Source: the human T2T-CHM13v2.0 reference genome, Homo sapiens. Taken from it: DNA of 64,000 nt. Positions 1 through 21,790 of this stretch are shown here, piece by piece. The stretch lies in the NCBI RefSeq assembly GCF_009914755.1, contig NC_060929.1; one strand, given 5' to 3'. Position numbers and translations under genes: made by a program. Numbering within the stretch: position 1 is the stretch's first letter; the number at the start of each line of letters is the position of its first letter. The notes beneath the pieces are model-generated. The model was not told the DNA's origin, searched no databases, and saw only the letters and a list, made by a program, of their open reading frames with translations.

Positions 1-12
1 TTAAAAAGACAA

Positions 13-507
13 TGAAATTTCAGAACCTTCCAAATTTATTAAGCCAAGGGGGCAAAGTTAAGCCTTGAAAACTGAGTCATGTAATACAGCTGTTTTTCTT
101 CTCTGGTGCATGACTATTGTTGCTTCCCGACCTTTGTGTTGAGATGTTATACATTAATCAGACTCCCTATTCTTCGTTTCAAACCTGGACTACATAATAT
201 TAGAGCTGTAGACCCTTGTGATTGTTACTTTTTTACGATAGAATATTAAGCAACCACCTTAGAGTGTAATCAATACTAGCCAATCAGATCTTAAATCTGG
301 ATGTTATCCATTGTTTGGAAAATGTTGTAATTCTGTTTGGCATCTCCATTTTGTCTTATATAAACCATCTTCAATTTTCCTTACGCTGGAAGCACTGATC
401 AGCATTCTTTGGTGTCTACATGTTCCCATATGACTGCCCTTACACTTTACAGTTGAATAAACCTTTTTAACTGGATCCTTAGCCTTTTGATTATTTTGGG
501 GTGACAA
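13..507 (+). mobile_element. ERV1-class solo LTR (MER34/MER39-like)
   Basis: Starts tg, ends ...ttttggggtgaca; has CCAAT (gccaatcag ~279), TATA-like ttatataaa ~356 and AATAAA ~456 in LTR order; family by resemblance only. Confidence 0.55.
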
Positions 508-1334
508 GACAAACCAGGCCATGTTCCCAGAACAACTAGAATAGTGAAGAGCCCACCTCATATGTGGAACAGTTAAAGGAGACATGCAGATTTATTTAAG
601 AAAAGAGGAGCCACAGAACTGAACTGATTCTGTCATTATAGAACTGTTTTAAAGTATCAGCAGATGAGGGACTTTGGTTAACTGAATTCAGGACAGTAGC
701 TAGCAAGAAATCATCACAATAAGTTATGAATTTTCAGGAAGCTGCACTATGAGTCTACACTGAAAATGGGGGAGCGGGGACGGGGTATCTTTTAAATCAC
801 CGTCAGCATTCAGAAAACACAATGCAAGGTCCAAGATCATCTAGTTTATTGTTTCTCAGATAAAAGACAATATCCAGTATACTTGGTTTAATCGCTTCAT
901 TACGTTAAATGTTCTGCAAATCGAATGCATCTTAATTTTAAAAAATCGATTATCTTGTTATTCTCAGAATGACTTGCAATAATTCCTTAGAATAACATAG
1001 ATCACAGAGAAAGAAAAGGGCCTTGGAAATCCATTGGTCCAGATCTTTCATTTTTAATAAGAAGTCAATTTTACCTAAAAGTTAACCTGAAAGGCTACAC
1101 GGGTAGGGAAGGAGAACAATTATGCAATAGGAACAATAGGAAAAGGTTGTGGCGCGTTAGTAACGTGACTACAGAGTTTTTTCTTGATGCTTGCAAGGTC
1201 ATAAGTTGAAACGCACTTAAATACTTATGATTGTTTCTAATTATGATGCTGCTGATTAATTACCCATTTCTGACCTCTTTATCAGCAAAACCAAGGAGTA
1301 GAGAGAGCTGAATAGGCAAAATGTAAAGGGTAAA

Positions 1335-1495
1335 ACTAGGCTTTACGGTCAGGCATAGCGGATTTGCATCCCAGATCTCCATTTACTAAATGTGCGAACT
1401 TCAGCGAGTAATTTAACCTCACCTTCTATGGAAATAAATGAGAGAATATACGCATAAAATTTTTAGGAGTCAGTGTTCCAATCAATGCCCGCTGC
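1335..1495 (+). mobile_element. MIR fragment
   Basis: MIR core-like ggatttgcatcccagatctccatttactaaatgtgcgaacttcagcgagtaatttaacctc. Confidence 0.6.
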
Positions 1496-1599
1496 AGCTG
1501 TTAGGACTTGGCTTTTATTTATGCACATTTCCAAAGAGATAGTCGCAACTGGGAAACGTTAAAATAAAGGTTCTTTTACAGACGATCCTATACCCTAAA

Positions 1600-2230
1600 C
1601 AGGAGGTAACAAAACGCGGGTGCCGACGCCATCCACTATATACAAACCTAGTCCGCCTAGCAGACGATCCCTGCGCCGGAAGTGACTGTGCCCCTAACTA
1701 ACATGGCGTCCAGGTGATTTCCGTTCTCTTCTGGCCAGTAATTGGGCTCTGCGGCTCCTCGCGATTTTACCAGTTCCCATCCGTTTAGCAAACGCCTTTA
1801 GCAAACGCCCGTTTAGCAAACGCCTCCTCCGTCCTTTGGAGGAGGGCGGGGCTAAAAGGGAGATGCTGCCTAGTGATTCGTTGTGGCGCATTAGTAACGC
1901 GACTACAGGGGGCTGGAAACAGTTCAGTCTTTGATTGGTTGCTGAGAGGCGGGGCTACTCGACTGCTCTGGAGGTAGCGGCCGCGGTGAGGAGAGCCATG
2001 GGACGGGCAGTCAAGGTGACAGGGCCCGGGAAGGGGTGGGTACGATGCCGTCGGGGAGGGTATGTTCGCGTCCTTGAGAAAACTGTCTGGAGTCTCTGGA
2101 GGCTGGGGCTCCTGACCCTTTATGGAGGATGTGGCTGTTACCCCAGAGAAGCCAGATGACCAACTCCTAGGGGCAGTTGAGGGTTTGTGCACGTGCGGAG
2201 GAGAGCGGGAGGCACCAGTGTGGTTCCTAC
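1600..2230 (+). promoter_or_regulatory. LYRM7: CpG-rich TATA-less promoter / first exon region of LYRM7
   Basis: CpG density far above the rest of the window; ETS/GABPA CCGGAAGTG 1676-1684, YY1-like AACATGGCG 1700-1708, GC boxes 1844-1852 and 1946-1955, inverted CCAAT 1741-1745 and 1934-1938, GACTACA (ZNF143/THAP11-type) 1901-1907. Confidence 0.85.
1998..2015 (+). CDS. LYRM7: LYRM7 coding exon 1 (MGRAVK)
   Basis: Strong Kozak gccATGG; donor AAG|gtgaca at 2016; joins in phase 0 to exon 2. Confidence 0.95.
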
Positions 2231-3108
2231 TTCTTGGTACTAACTTGGTACTCAGTGTTTATCCATGATACAAATCTGCGACTTGAGTTCTGCCCTCGTT
2301 TCATCTTCAGACCGAGTATTTGTCTGAGGGACCCATTTCATATCCCTGGGAAGTATAGGAGACGCCAAAGGCTGACCTGAGCAACAGCAGTTCAATGAGG
2401 TGAAAGTTTATTCAGATAAACAGAAGGTGCACAGAAGTCTAGCAGCCAAGGAAACCGAACCCCAGCAAAGTTACTTGTCAAAAGTAACAGCAAGACAGAG
2501 CAGGGACTGGTGAGACCTGAGCTCACTGAATGAGCTTGGGATGTGATGGCTGTGCTCGGATTATACCTCTCTGAGTACCTACCTGGTCTCAGATTCATTT
2601 CTCACGCCCAAGCATGATGCACGTTCCTGCCCGGCGCACAATTCTCATTGGCAGCCATCCTTTAACGTTTAACATCAGCATGGCCAATTGGGATCTGTAG
2701 TTGTCACTGGCTGAAACATAAACATGAGGAAATAGCCTGCTATAATATGGTGAAGAAAAGCAGTGTTTATGTCTAGTCAATAATATGGGAACCACCAAGC
2801 AGCCTTCATGTACTTTTGTACATAATGTCACAGCACCAATAGAAACAGAATTGCTCAGGGTTATTCATTCAAAAATTTATTTGAATGTCCATAATAGCTA
2901 TTATTATAGCCAACAACCAACATTTAGCCTATATTGTCTAAGCATAGTGGATGCAACAATAAGCTGAACATCCTTGCCTTCATAAAGAAATCTAGCAGGT
3001 GGGGAGACCTTAAACAGTTATTTAATTACAGTTGTAATAAATGCTTTGATTTGAAACTGCAGTGTTTTGTGAGCATATAACTAGGATTTCACATACGATC
3101 TCTCAAGG

Positions 3109-3413
<305 letters not shown>

Positions 3414-4263
3414 ATCTCTCAAGGAAGTTCAGACCTGACGTTTGATTAGAAATTAGCTAGAGAAGAGAAAAAAGCATTCTAGAAAAGGCAACTAGCACAT
3501 GGAAAGTCCTTGAAGTGGGGATTTGGTTGGAAAACTTGGATACAAATGGAATTAAGTAGGATTCATTCCAAAAACACTTTTGGTAGAGCCTACAATATAT
3601 AGAAGGCACTTATGCTACATGTGGGAAGATACAAAGGTGACCAGTCCAACAAGGGTGACAACAAGATCCTACGTCCAAAAAAAAATAGGAAAGTGAAACC
3701 TAGCACAGAAATTATAACCCTTAAAATTAATCCATTATTCAAGAAAATTGAGGCAAAAAGGCTGTTACTTGTCCAAGCTTACATTAAGTGACAATCTCAG
3801 ATTCAAACTCATCTGACTATAAAGAATCCACTTTTCATCTACACTGCCTGAATTGTCCAATCAGTATAAGTAAATGAGGAAGAGAATACAGTCTGTGACC
3901 TGGCTTTCTGCATTTTAATAAAAGTTTATCTGCTCCAAGGTAATGTTAACTCCAATAGTGCTATGGCAATAATGATAACATTTTCTTACACTAGTCCTCT
4001 TAAATTAGGGATGCTAATTTGTTGTACTAATGTTGTACTTTAAATAGCATGTAAAACCATTATGTTTACTTACTTCTCATTTTTTTAATCCCATGCAACA
4101 TGTCTTCTCTGCTCTTGCAATATTAAAATCCCTGGGATTCTACGATGCTTGCAAAGCCCGTATTTTTACCAAGGCAATCCAGGCTTTTACTATCAAGCAC
4201 CTCAGAGTTATTCCAGCCTCTACACATTACTCAATTCCAAAGCCACTTCCACATTTTTAGATA

Positions 4264-7035
<2,772 letters not shown>

Positions 7036-7077
7036 TGCGTTAGCTTATTAAGAGCTAATTAAGCTCTTATTAATAAG

Positions 7078-7912
7078 GATATTTCACATTTTACTTCCCC
7101 GTTCATGAGTTCATGGACATTTAGGTTATTTCTACTTTTTCACTATTATGAATAATACTACCATGAACATTAGCATACATGTTTTTGTGTGAACATGTTT
7201 TCATTTGTCTTGAGTATATACCTAGTAGTAGAATTTCTGGGTCATAAGATAACTGTAGGTTTAACTTTTTTTAGCAACTGCCAAACTGTTTCCCAAAGCA
7301 ACTGTACCATTTTAAATGCCAAACAATGTATAAGAGTTCCTATTTTTCCATGTCCTTGTCAACTCTTTTTATTGACTGTCTTTTTTACAGTAGCCATTCT
7401 ACTGGGATGAAATGGTATCTCATTGAGGTTTAGATTTGTGTTTCCAGATGGCACATGACATTGAACATCTTTTTATGGCTTATTGGCCATTTATGGGTTT
7501 TTTTTTTTTTGGAAGAAATATCTATTCAAATTCTTTGACTTTTTATTTTTCTTAATTTTATTTTAGATTCAGAGAGTACATATGCAGGTTTATTACATGG
7601 GTAAATTACATAATGGTGAGGTTTGGGCTTCTAGTGAACCCATCACCCAAATAATGAATATTGTACCCAATAGGTAATTTTTCCACCCTCAACCCCTTCC
7701 TATCCTCCTCCCTTTTGGCGTCTCCCTTTTGGCGTTCTATCCACAAAGGCGTACCCTTTGCTTAGCACCTACTTATAAGTCAAAATATGCAGTATTTGAT
7801 TTTCTGTTTCTGAGTTATTTCATTTAGGATAATGGTCTCCAGCAGCTGCTGCAAAGGACATGATTTCATTCTTTTTTAGTATTCTATGATGTATATATAC
7901 ACCACATTTTCT
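7078..7912 (-). mobile_element. L1 3'-end fragments (old L1M plus an L1PA/PB-type end)
   Basis: Reverse L1 3' UTR motifs, e.g. aaatggtatctcattgaggttt and acttataagtcaaaatatgcagtatttg. Confidence 0.75.
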
Positions 7913-9657
7913 CATTTGTGTCCTATAAAGCAAACAGCTGCCCTCACAGTTCTACTAGCACCTAGTACTTTAACATCTTTGATGTTATTATTGCTATAAA
8001 AATTACCCACAGCTGAGCCCTTTAAGTACATTATATGATTGTCTTTTTTCCCATTTCTTCATCTTTAAATTAATAACTGCCTTTTAAAAATTATTACTTT
8101 TTAAAAATATCCTTTAATAGATATCCTAGATATCTGTTCCCAAATTCTAGGCAAAACCAGTCTACCAGTTTCATTTTTCCTTGCAATAACTTTCCTGGAG
8201 CAATTCAGTCTTTTGCTATAGTCCTGCCTAGTTGCTTTCTAGTCTGGCTGCACAAATGTTGACTAGCATTTGTCCTTCCCCATGGTCTTTGCCTCTCCCA
8301 TGTTAGACTACCTGTCTCCTGGGTTCCCATGTCTTTTCCTTTTGTGATTCATTTCCTTATTTTGGTGGAGGATATTCTTCTGTAGCTTTCCAATAAAGTG
8401 TGTATGACAGATAAGAGACTTTGCATTTCTGAAAATATGTATTTGCCCTTGTCTTTGAGTGATAGTTTGAGTATCTATGGTGTTCTAAAGCAGACATTTT
8501 TTCAAAACTTGAATATGTTATTCCATTGTCTTCTTACAGTGGTGCTATTTAGAAATCAGGTACCATTCTGATTTTTTCCATCCTTTACATGTGAAATGTT
8601 GATTCTCTGAGATTGTTCTCATTATCAGCATTGCACTGAACTTAACATCATGCTGTGCTGTGTTATGAGTTTTATGTTGGGCACTTGGTGGAACCCTTTC
8701 TATCTTGTAATTCGTGTGCCTTACTTGGTGAAATTTTTTTTCTTCCCTTTTACCCAAATATTAAGTGAAAATTTTAAAATTTCTTCCCTCCCTTTTCTCT
8801 TTTCTCTCTTGTTGGCCCTTCTGCTAATCTAGCTGTTGGGCCTTCTCCCTTAATTTTCTTATCTTTCCTCTCCTCAATTTCTGTTTCTGAACTTTTATTC
8901 TACATTCTGGGCAATTTTTCTCAACTTAATCCTTACTTTCACCTGTTTGATAGCCAAGAGCTTTTGGGAGTTTTTGGAATGTTCCTTTTTAAATTTACTG
9001 TAGCTTTTCATTGATGTTATTCCATCTCTGCGATAACATGTTTCTGAGGAAGTTTTTTATGGCAGCTTGGTTTTTATTTTTAAATTTTTTTGCTCTGTTT
9101 CTTATTTCTGTTTTCATGTCTGCCTTTGATGTTATAGGTTTTCTAATATACGTAAAACACTTAAAATGGTGTCTAGCACACAGTATGCTTAGTAAATGTT
9201 AGACAGTATTTGCAGAACAGACTGGAGGACAGGAGGGTGTGGTGGCAAAGTGACAAACCTTTGTAAGTAGTCTAAGAGATGGGGAGTGCCTGAACATAAG
9301 TGATTTTGTTGAGAGAGGATAAAAGAAAGATTACAGAGACATTTCTAAAGTTTCCACGACAAGAGTAAGGTATAATAAAAGGATGACCTACTGATTTCTG
9401 GCTTCAGAAACTTGGTGGCCTCCAATAAGTAAAATAGAGAAGAGTGGAGGAAGAGCAATATTGAGAGAACAATATTGAGTACCTTTTTGGACTTGAGAAG
9501 TGTGAAGTGACCTCAGCATATCACTAAAGCCTCTTCACAATCTGTCTTTTACCAAAATGCCAGGCTCTTTTCTCTCTTTTTATTTTTTTCAATACAGACT
9601 CAGAATATTCATAAGTCTCAACATTTCACTTATCTTTTATGAAATAGCAATTAAAAG

Positions 9658-9982
<325 letters not shown>

Positions 9983-10403
9983 CTAAATTGTTTAAAACAT
10001 CTTCCTTCTGTGGCCTCTTTTAAGATGCAATAAATTCATAATTTTGCATATGTGTGTGTATGATATTGAGCAGATTAAAACTTCAATAGGTTAAGAAAAA
10101 TGAGAACAGATACATACCAGACTGGTAAAGTAGCAGACTGGTTTTTAGCATGAGGATTATTAACTTTTTAACCATCCTTATATTGTTTTATTTATTTCAA
10201 AGAACTTTGTATTATTTTTGTAAATAAGGCTAAAAATGTTTTTAATGTAGAGATAAATAATCAAAGGAAAGTTATTTTGGCAAGTCCTGGTTTTCACCAA
10301 CTATTTTTAAAAATAGTCTATGAAACAAACAGAAAAGGAATACTGTTTAATCCTTATAATACGATTTGTGTGAAATGTGAAATGTTTTCCTTTTGAGGTC
10401 TGA

Positions 10404-11047
<644 letters not shown>

Positions 11048-11070
11048 TTGAATTCTGATTTTCTTAACAG

Positions 11071-11143
11071 GTTTTACAGCTCTTTAAAACACTGCACAGG
11101 ACCAGACAACAAGTTTTTAAAAATGATGCCAGAGCATTAGAAG
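11071..11143 (+). CDS. LYRM7: LYRM7 coding exon 2 ([24 protein letters not shown], with the LYR-type motif LFK)
   Basis: ttttcttaacag| acceptor, AAG|gtaagt donor, 73 nt; translation matches the LYRM7 protein as I recall it. Confidence 0.97.
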
Positions 11144-11984
11144 GTAAGTATGTTCTTTACCCCTTTGGAGCCAGTCTACTTTTTAGATAACTACTAATCT
11201 CTCTGAGAAACCCTGTGTGGTCAAGACCCATTTTAGGGAATGACCTTCACTACCTCTCTCTGATATCTTTTATAAAGATTAGCTTATATTACACTTATTT
11301 GAGAAATATCTACTTAAAGAAAAATTTTTAAAGATCAAGTCTTCATAAAGAGTTGGTCAAAAAAAAAGGCGAGGGACCAGAATTTCAGTGTTTATCATTG
11401 CTTGCCTTATATTCAAGCCATTGAACTTTCTGTTACATAATCAAATTTTCACAGTCTCTAGGACCAGATATTACCATGTTGTTAATGTCTTATATCAGTC
11501 TAAAAGAGCAGCTGTGAAAGAGAATCCATCCCAAATGATTCTAAATTCAGTATCTCCCTGTTTTAAGTAGTTTCTATCTTATCTGGAAGTCACAGGCTCT
11601 GAAACTTAGGTTCTGTGTTATTCATGTTCAGTTCCACTCCTCATACATTTATGAACCTCCTTAAGAGTGCACCTAGGTAAAGTGTCCCCACTGTTTCCAG
11701 GGATTTAAGTTTTTGTAACTCATCAAAAATAATTTCTGAACAAATAAGATATATGTATTGTATTATATGTACTTTACATGAATTCCTGATTTAATTCTTG
11801 TAACATTTCTGTAAGATAGTTGCTATTATAATTCCTATTTTTACAAATGAGAAAATTGACAAAATGTGAAAATATCTGTCCCACATCATACTGAGTAAAA
11901 GGTGGACCTGGGATTTAGTCTAAGCAGTCTGATTCAAAAGTCCAAACTCTAAACCACCTTACGTATTGAAATATATGCAACATA

Positions 11985-12251
11985 GGCTGGGCTCAGTGGC
12001 TCACTCCTGTAATCCCAGCACTTTGGGAGGCAGAGGCAGGCAAATTACTTGAGGTCAGGAGTTAGAGACCAGCCTGGCCAACATGGTGAAACCCCACCTC
12101 TACTAAAAATACAAAAATTAGCCGGGCATGGTGGCACACACCTGTAATCCCTTGAGGGAGGAGAATTGCTTGAACCCAGAGGCGGAGGTTGCAGTGAGCC
12201 GAGATCATGCCACTGCACTCCAGCCTGGGCGACAAAGCAAGACTCCATCTG

Positions 12252-12280
<29 letters not shown>
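11985..12280 (+). mobile_element. AluS with small internal deletion
   Basis: Dimer + long A tail grading into a microsatellite. Confidence 0.9.
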
Positions 12281-12325
<45 letters not shown>

Positions 12326-12502
12326 TATATATAACATATATGTTATATATATATTAACATATATATGTATATATATAATATATACATATATATTATATAT
12401 ACATATATATGTTTATATATATATAACATATATATGTATATATATATAAAACATATATATGTATATATATATAACATATATATGTATATATACACACACA
12501 CA
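12281..12502. repeat. Compound (TA)n/(CA)n AT-rich microsatellite grown from an Alu tail
   Basis: About 220 bp of atatat/acacac/tatatgtata. Confidence 0.95.
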
Positions 12503-13169
12503 ACATAGAAGGAAGTTTTTATGGTAATTATCAACATGGAATATTTTTGTTGCTTTAAATTTTTCAAGTGGAATAGTTATAAGAACAGCTAACAATTTGT
12601 TGCATATTTGCTAAGCACTTTATACGGATTGTTCCATTAAACGCTCACAGCAGCACAATAAGACCAGTGAGATTCTACCAAAGTATGCTGCTATAATGAT
12701 ATCAAATTCTCAGTGGTATATGTAAACAAAAGTTTTATTTGTCACTCACTTTATATGTCAGCCAAGACACTTAAAATTTTACATATATGTACACATATAT
12801 CCTGTTTGCTGCCAATCTCTGTGTATGTGTGTATGTAGTTTAACATACTTGTATGTATTGAATTTTACCATCTTAAAAAAGCATTTTAATAGAAATCCTT
12901 AGATTTGTAAAAATAAAACATTAAATTAGATTTATTATAATTCAGTAGCTATAGGTATACAAATGAATTTGAGAGTAAAAATCAGTGGAAGAAAAAATAT
13001 TAGAGTGCCAAAGGTTTATAGTAGGTTTACCTACAAACTTGTCACCCTGTCAAAAGCTCTCCAAGAGACTTCATTAATAAATTTCTTATTCTTATGCTTT
13101 GTTTTTCATGAGGGCAATTTCTATAGTAGAGAAGTAGCCATTCATAGTGAATAATGTGTCAATTATTGA

Positions 13170-13301
<132 letters not shown>

Positions 13302-13989
13302 TAATTTTTTCAATTATAGTAAAACTTATACAATTATCTTGTCAAAGAGGAAATGATGAAGATAGAGGGGTTATGTAAAATAAAAACCATTACTTGATAG
13401 TTAAGGCCATCACAACTGTAGATAACCTTCACTTATTTGGTATGGCTCACCTCCTCAGGCTCATCTGCCGACACCAAAATACAGCAAGGTACCCCATCAA
13501 CAGAACATGGAAATAGCCATGATCAAAGCCAGAACAGCTGAACAAACCCAGAAACCTACAGAAATTCTATCTTCACTTAAAGCAAGTGACTGGAACTAAA
13601 GAGAATGAGTGTTGTAGTAACTCAGAACTACAGAGGAAACTTCTACTCTTAACTGAACTAAGCGGTTAGATATTTATTTTTAATCCCATCTTGGCAATGA
13701 CAAACAGCCGCAGTATGAACTATTCTTGCTTTGCTTTCTGTATTTGCATTTTGGTCACTTGCTCTAGTTGAAGACACTGTACAGACACTACTTTCTCAGC
13801 TCCCTAATACTCCTAGTAGAAGTTTATTGAAAAAAATGCACAATTTTTCTTTTCCTATATATTATGTATTCTGGCATATACATATTATCTCTGTCCTCAG
13901 CTTCCTATGTCTAACTATATAAAGGTAAGGAAAGGACCCTTAGGAAGAAAACAAAACAAAAAAATGGAAAATAATTTGCAAGATAGTTA

Positions 13990-14043
13990 TGGTTCCAAGA
14001 ATTGATTTGGTTCCAAGAATTGATATGGTTCCAAGAATTGATT
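13990..14043. repeat. 3 x 18-bp tandem repeat tggttccaagaattgat(t/a)
   Basis: Units at 13990, 14008, 14026. Confidence 0.95.
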
Positions 14044-14713
14044 CCTTTAAAAAGAATCCTTTTTAAAGGAAGGTACAAACTAGAGAAATTTTCTATGTTC
14101 ATAGAATTTCCAGATGTTTAAAAAAAACTGATAAAAAATGCATTTATATTTAGTGGAGAAAATGCTATTTTTGAAATAGTAAATACCTTTAATAATGGAG
14201 CTCATGAGACAAAATGAGATAGCCTAAGTATTCCCTCTCTATAAAATAAACAAAAAGGGAAAGATTTTGCTGAAACATGATAGGGCAAATAGGGAATATG
14301 TAATTTTTATTCATGGCAGAAATTAAAATGACCATATAATCAACTCATGACTTGAAGGGAAGTTAAAAGGTATATGAGGAAGTTTGTACTGTTTGCTATT
14401 CAGTAGACTAATTCATAACATATGATAATTTTTTAATTTTGAAATTATGATTAAAGACTTTTAAATTGAGGTCTGTTTATATCAAGTAAACTGGGAAAAT
14501 GAACTACAATCTCCCAAATTCATTTTACTTACAGAGCATTAATTTAACATTAAGCAATCTAGAAATTCCATATTTGTTATATACAAATGTATATTTTGTA
14601 CTTTCTGCAACTGAAAAATATTAAGATTTTAGTAATTTTAAAATAATTGCTTTGTTATTAGAGGGTTGATACAGTCTTGGCACTAAAAGGAATCTCAGGC
14701 ATCCTCTCTAGAC

Positions 14714-17145
<2,432 letters not shown>

Positions 17146-17451
17146 AAGTACATATTATTTGATGAGGTCTGAAACTCAAAGAGAGTAGGTGATTAACCCA
17201 AGGCCATACACTTAATGACACAGCCAAAGTTGGAGTTCAAGTGTTCTGAACATCTAATTCTATAAAAGAAAGATTCAACTGCCCTCCCAAAAATGTGCAT
17301 TTTAAACACACTTAAAAATACACATTGTAACAAAAAATACTCTAAATCTGTTTTGGAAGAAAATATAGAATTGATAGATAAAAGTTAAAACTATATGCAT
17401 ATCTGAGCTTTCTATACTAGTTGGAATGGTTATAAAAAGTTAAAAGCAGTA

Positions 17452-17920
17452 CCGTAGTCCCCCTTTATCATTGGGGAATACATTTTAAGATCCTCAGTGG
17501 ATGCCTCAAATCTCTGATAGTACCAAATCCTATATACTATGTTTTTATTATATATACTTTCCTATGATAAAGTTTAATTTATAAATTAGACACAGTACTC
17601 TTGTGCTTTGGAGCCATTATTAAGTAAAATAAGAGTTACTTGAATATAAGCACTGCAGTGTGGCAACAGTCAATCTTGATAACCGAGATGGCTACTAAGT
17701 GACCACAGGTGGACAGTGTATACAATATGGATATGCTGGACAAATAAATGATTCACATCCCAGACAGGCTGGAGCAGATGGCATGAGATTTCATCATGCT
17801 ACTCAGAGTGACATGTGATTAAAAACTTATACATTATTTATTTTGGGAATTTTCTATTTAATATTTTCAGACCACAGTTGACCACGGATAACTGAAACTG
17901 CAGATAAGGAGAAACTACTG
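17452..17920. mobile_element. MER44 (Tigger7-derived MITE)
   Basis: TA TSDs; TIRs ccgtagtccccctttatc / gataaggagaaactactg. Confidence 0.8.
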
Positions 17921-18020
17921 TATTACTTGAAAAGAAATTATAGTAAAACTATCGTTTTCAAAAACAGTACATTCATATGAAACACCTAAAGGACTTACTC
18001 TATTTGTTTGGTTTTCTTAA

Positions 18021-18110
<90 letters not shown>

Positions 18111-18454
18111 TAAAATTAAAGAAAAATGGTTTCTAACTGCAATGTGTTTTAAAATATTGAATAATTATAGCACATGTAATGCTGAGTGATAAAACAGCTT
18201 GATTTTGCCAGACAATATGGTATATAGCATATATATTTTACAAGGTTATAGTCTATAAGACTGAATTATGAAACTTTGTTTTGCCACATTTGTTTCAATT
18301 TTTATTTTTTATTTTTATCTTCTTATATTTCAACACTAATTATGAAGACAGTACAACTATATATTTTTATCATATTTATTTACAGTTCTTAATTTTTCTG
18401 GCATCATTTATCACTTACCTAGACTATTTCTTTACCTTTTACTCTATAATGAGT

Positions 18455-21790
<3,336 letters not shown>

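Noticed and set aside
1579-1670. 10-mer cagacgatcc repeated at 1579 and 1661
   Set aside because: Too short to separate from chance, and no recognisable motif
1785-2192. 135-aa minus-strand ORF across the promoter
   Set aside because: Starts at a non-ATG codon; Pro/Ser-rich by GC content; antisense to exon 1 with no recognisable homology
12045-12595. Y/I-rich and poly-F/K ORFs
   Set aside because: Translations of microsatellite and poly-A
13990-14043. Repeat array as CRISPR-like
   Set aside because: Direct tandem units with no unique spacers, in human DNA with no cas genes
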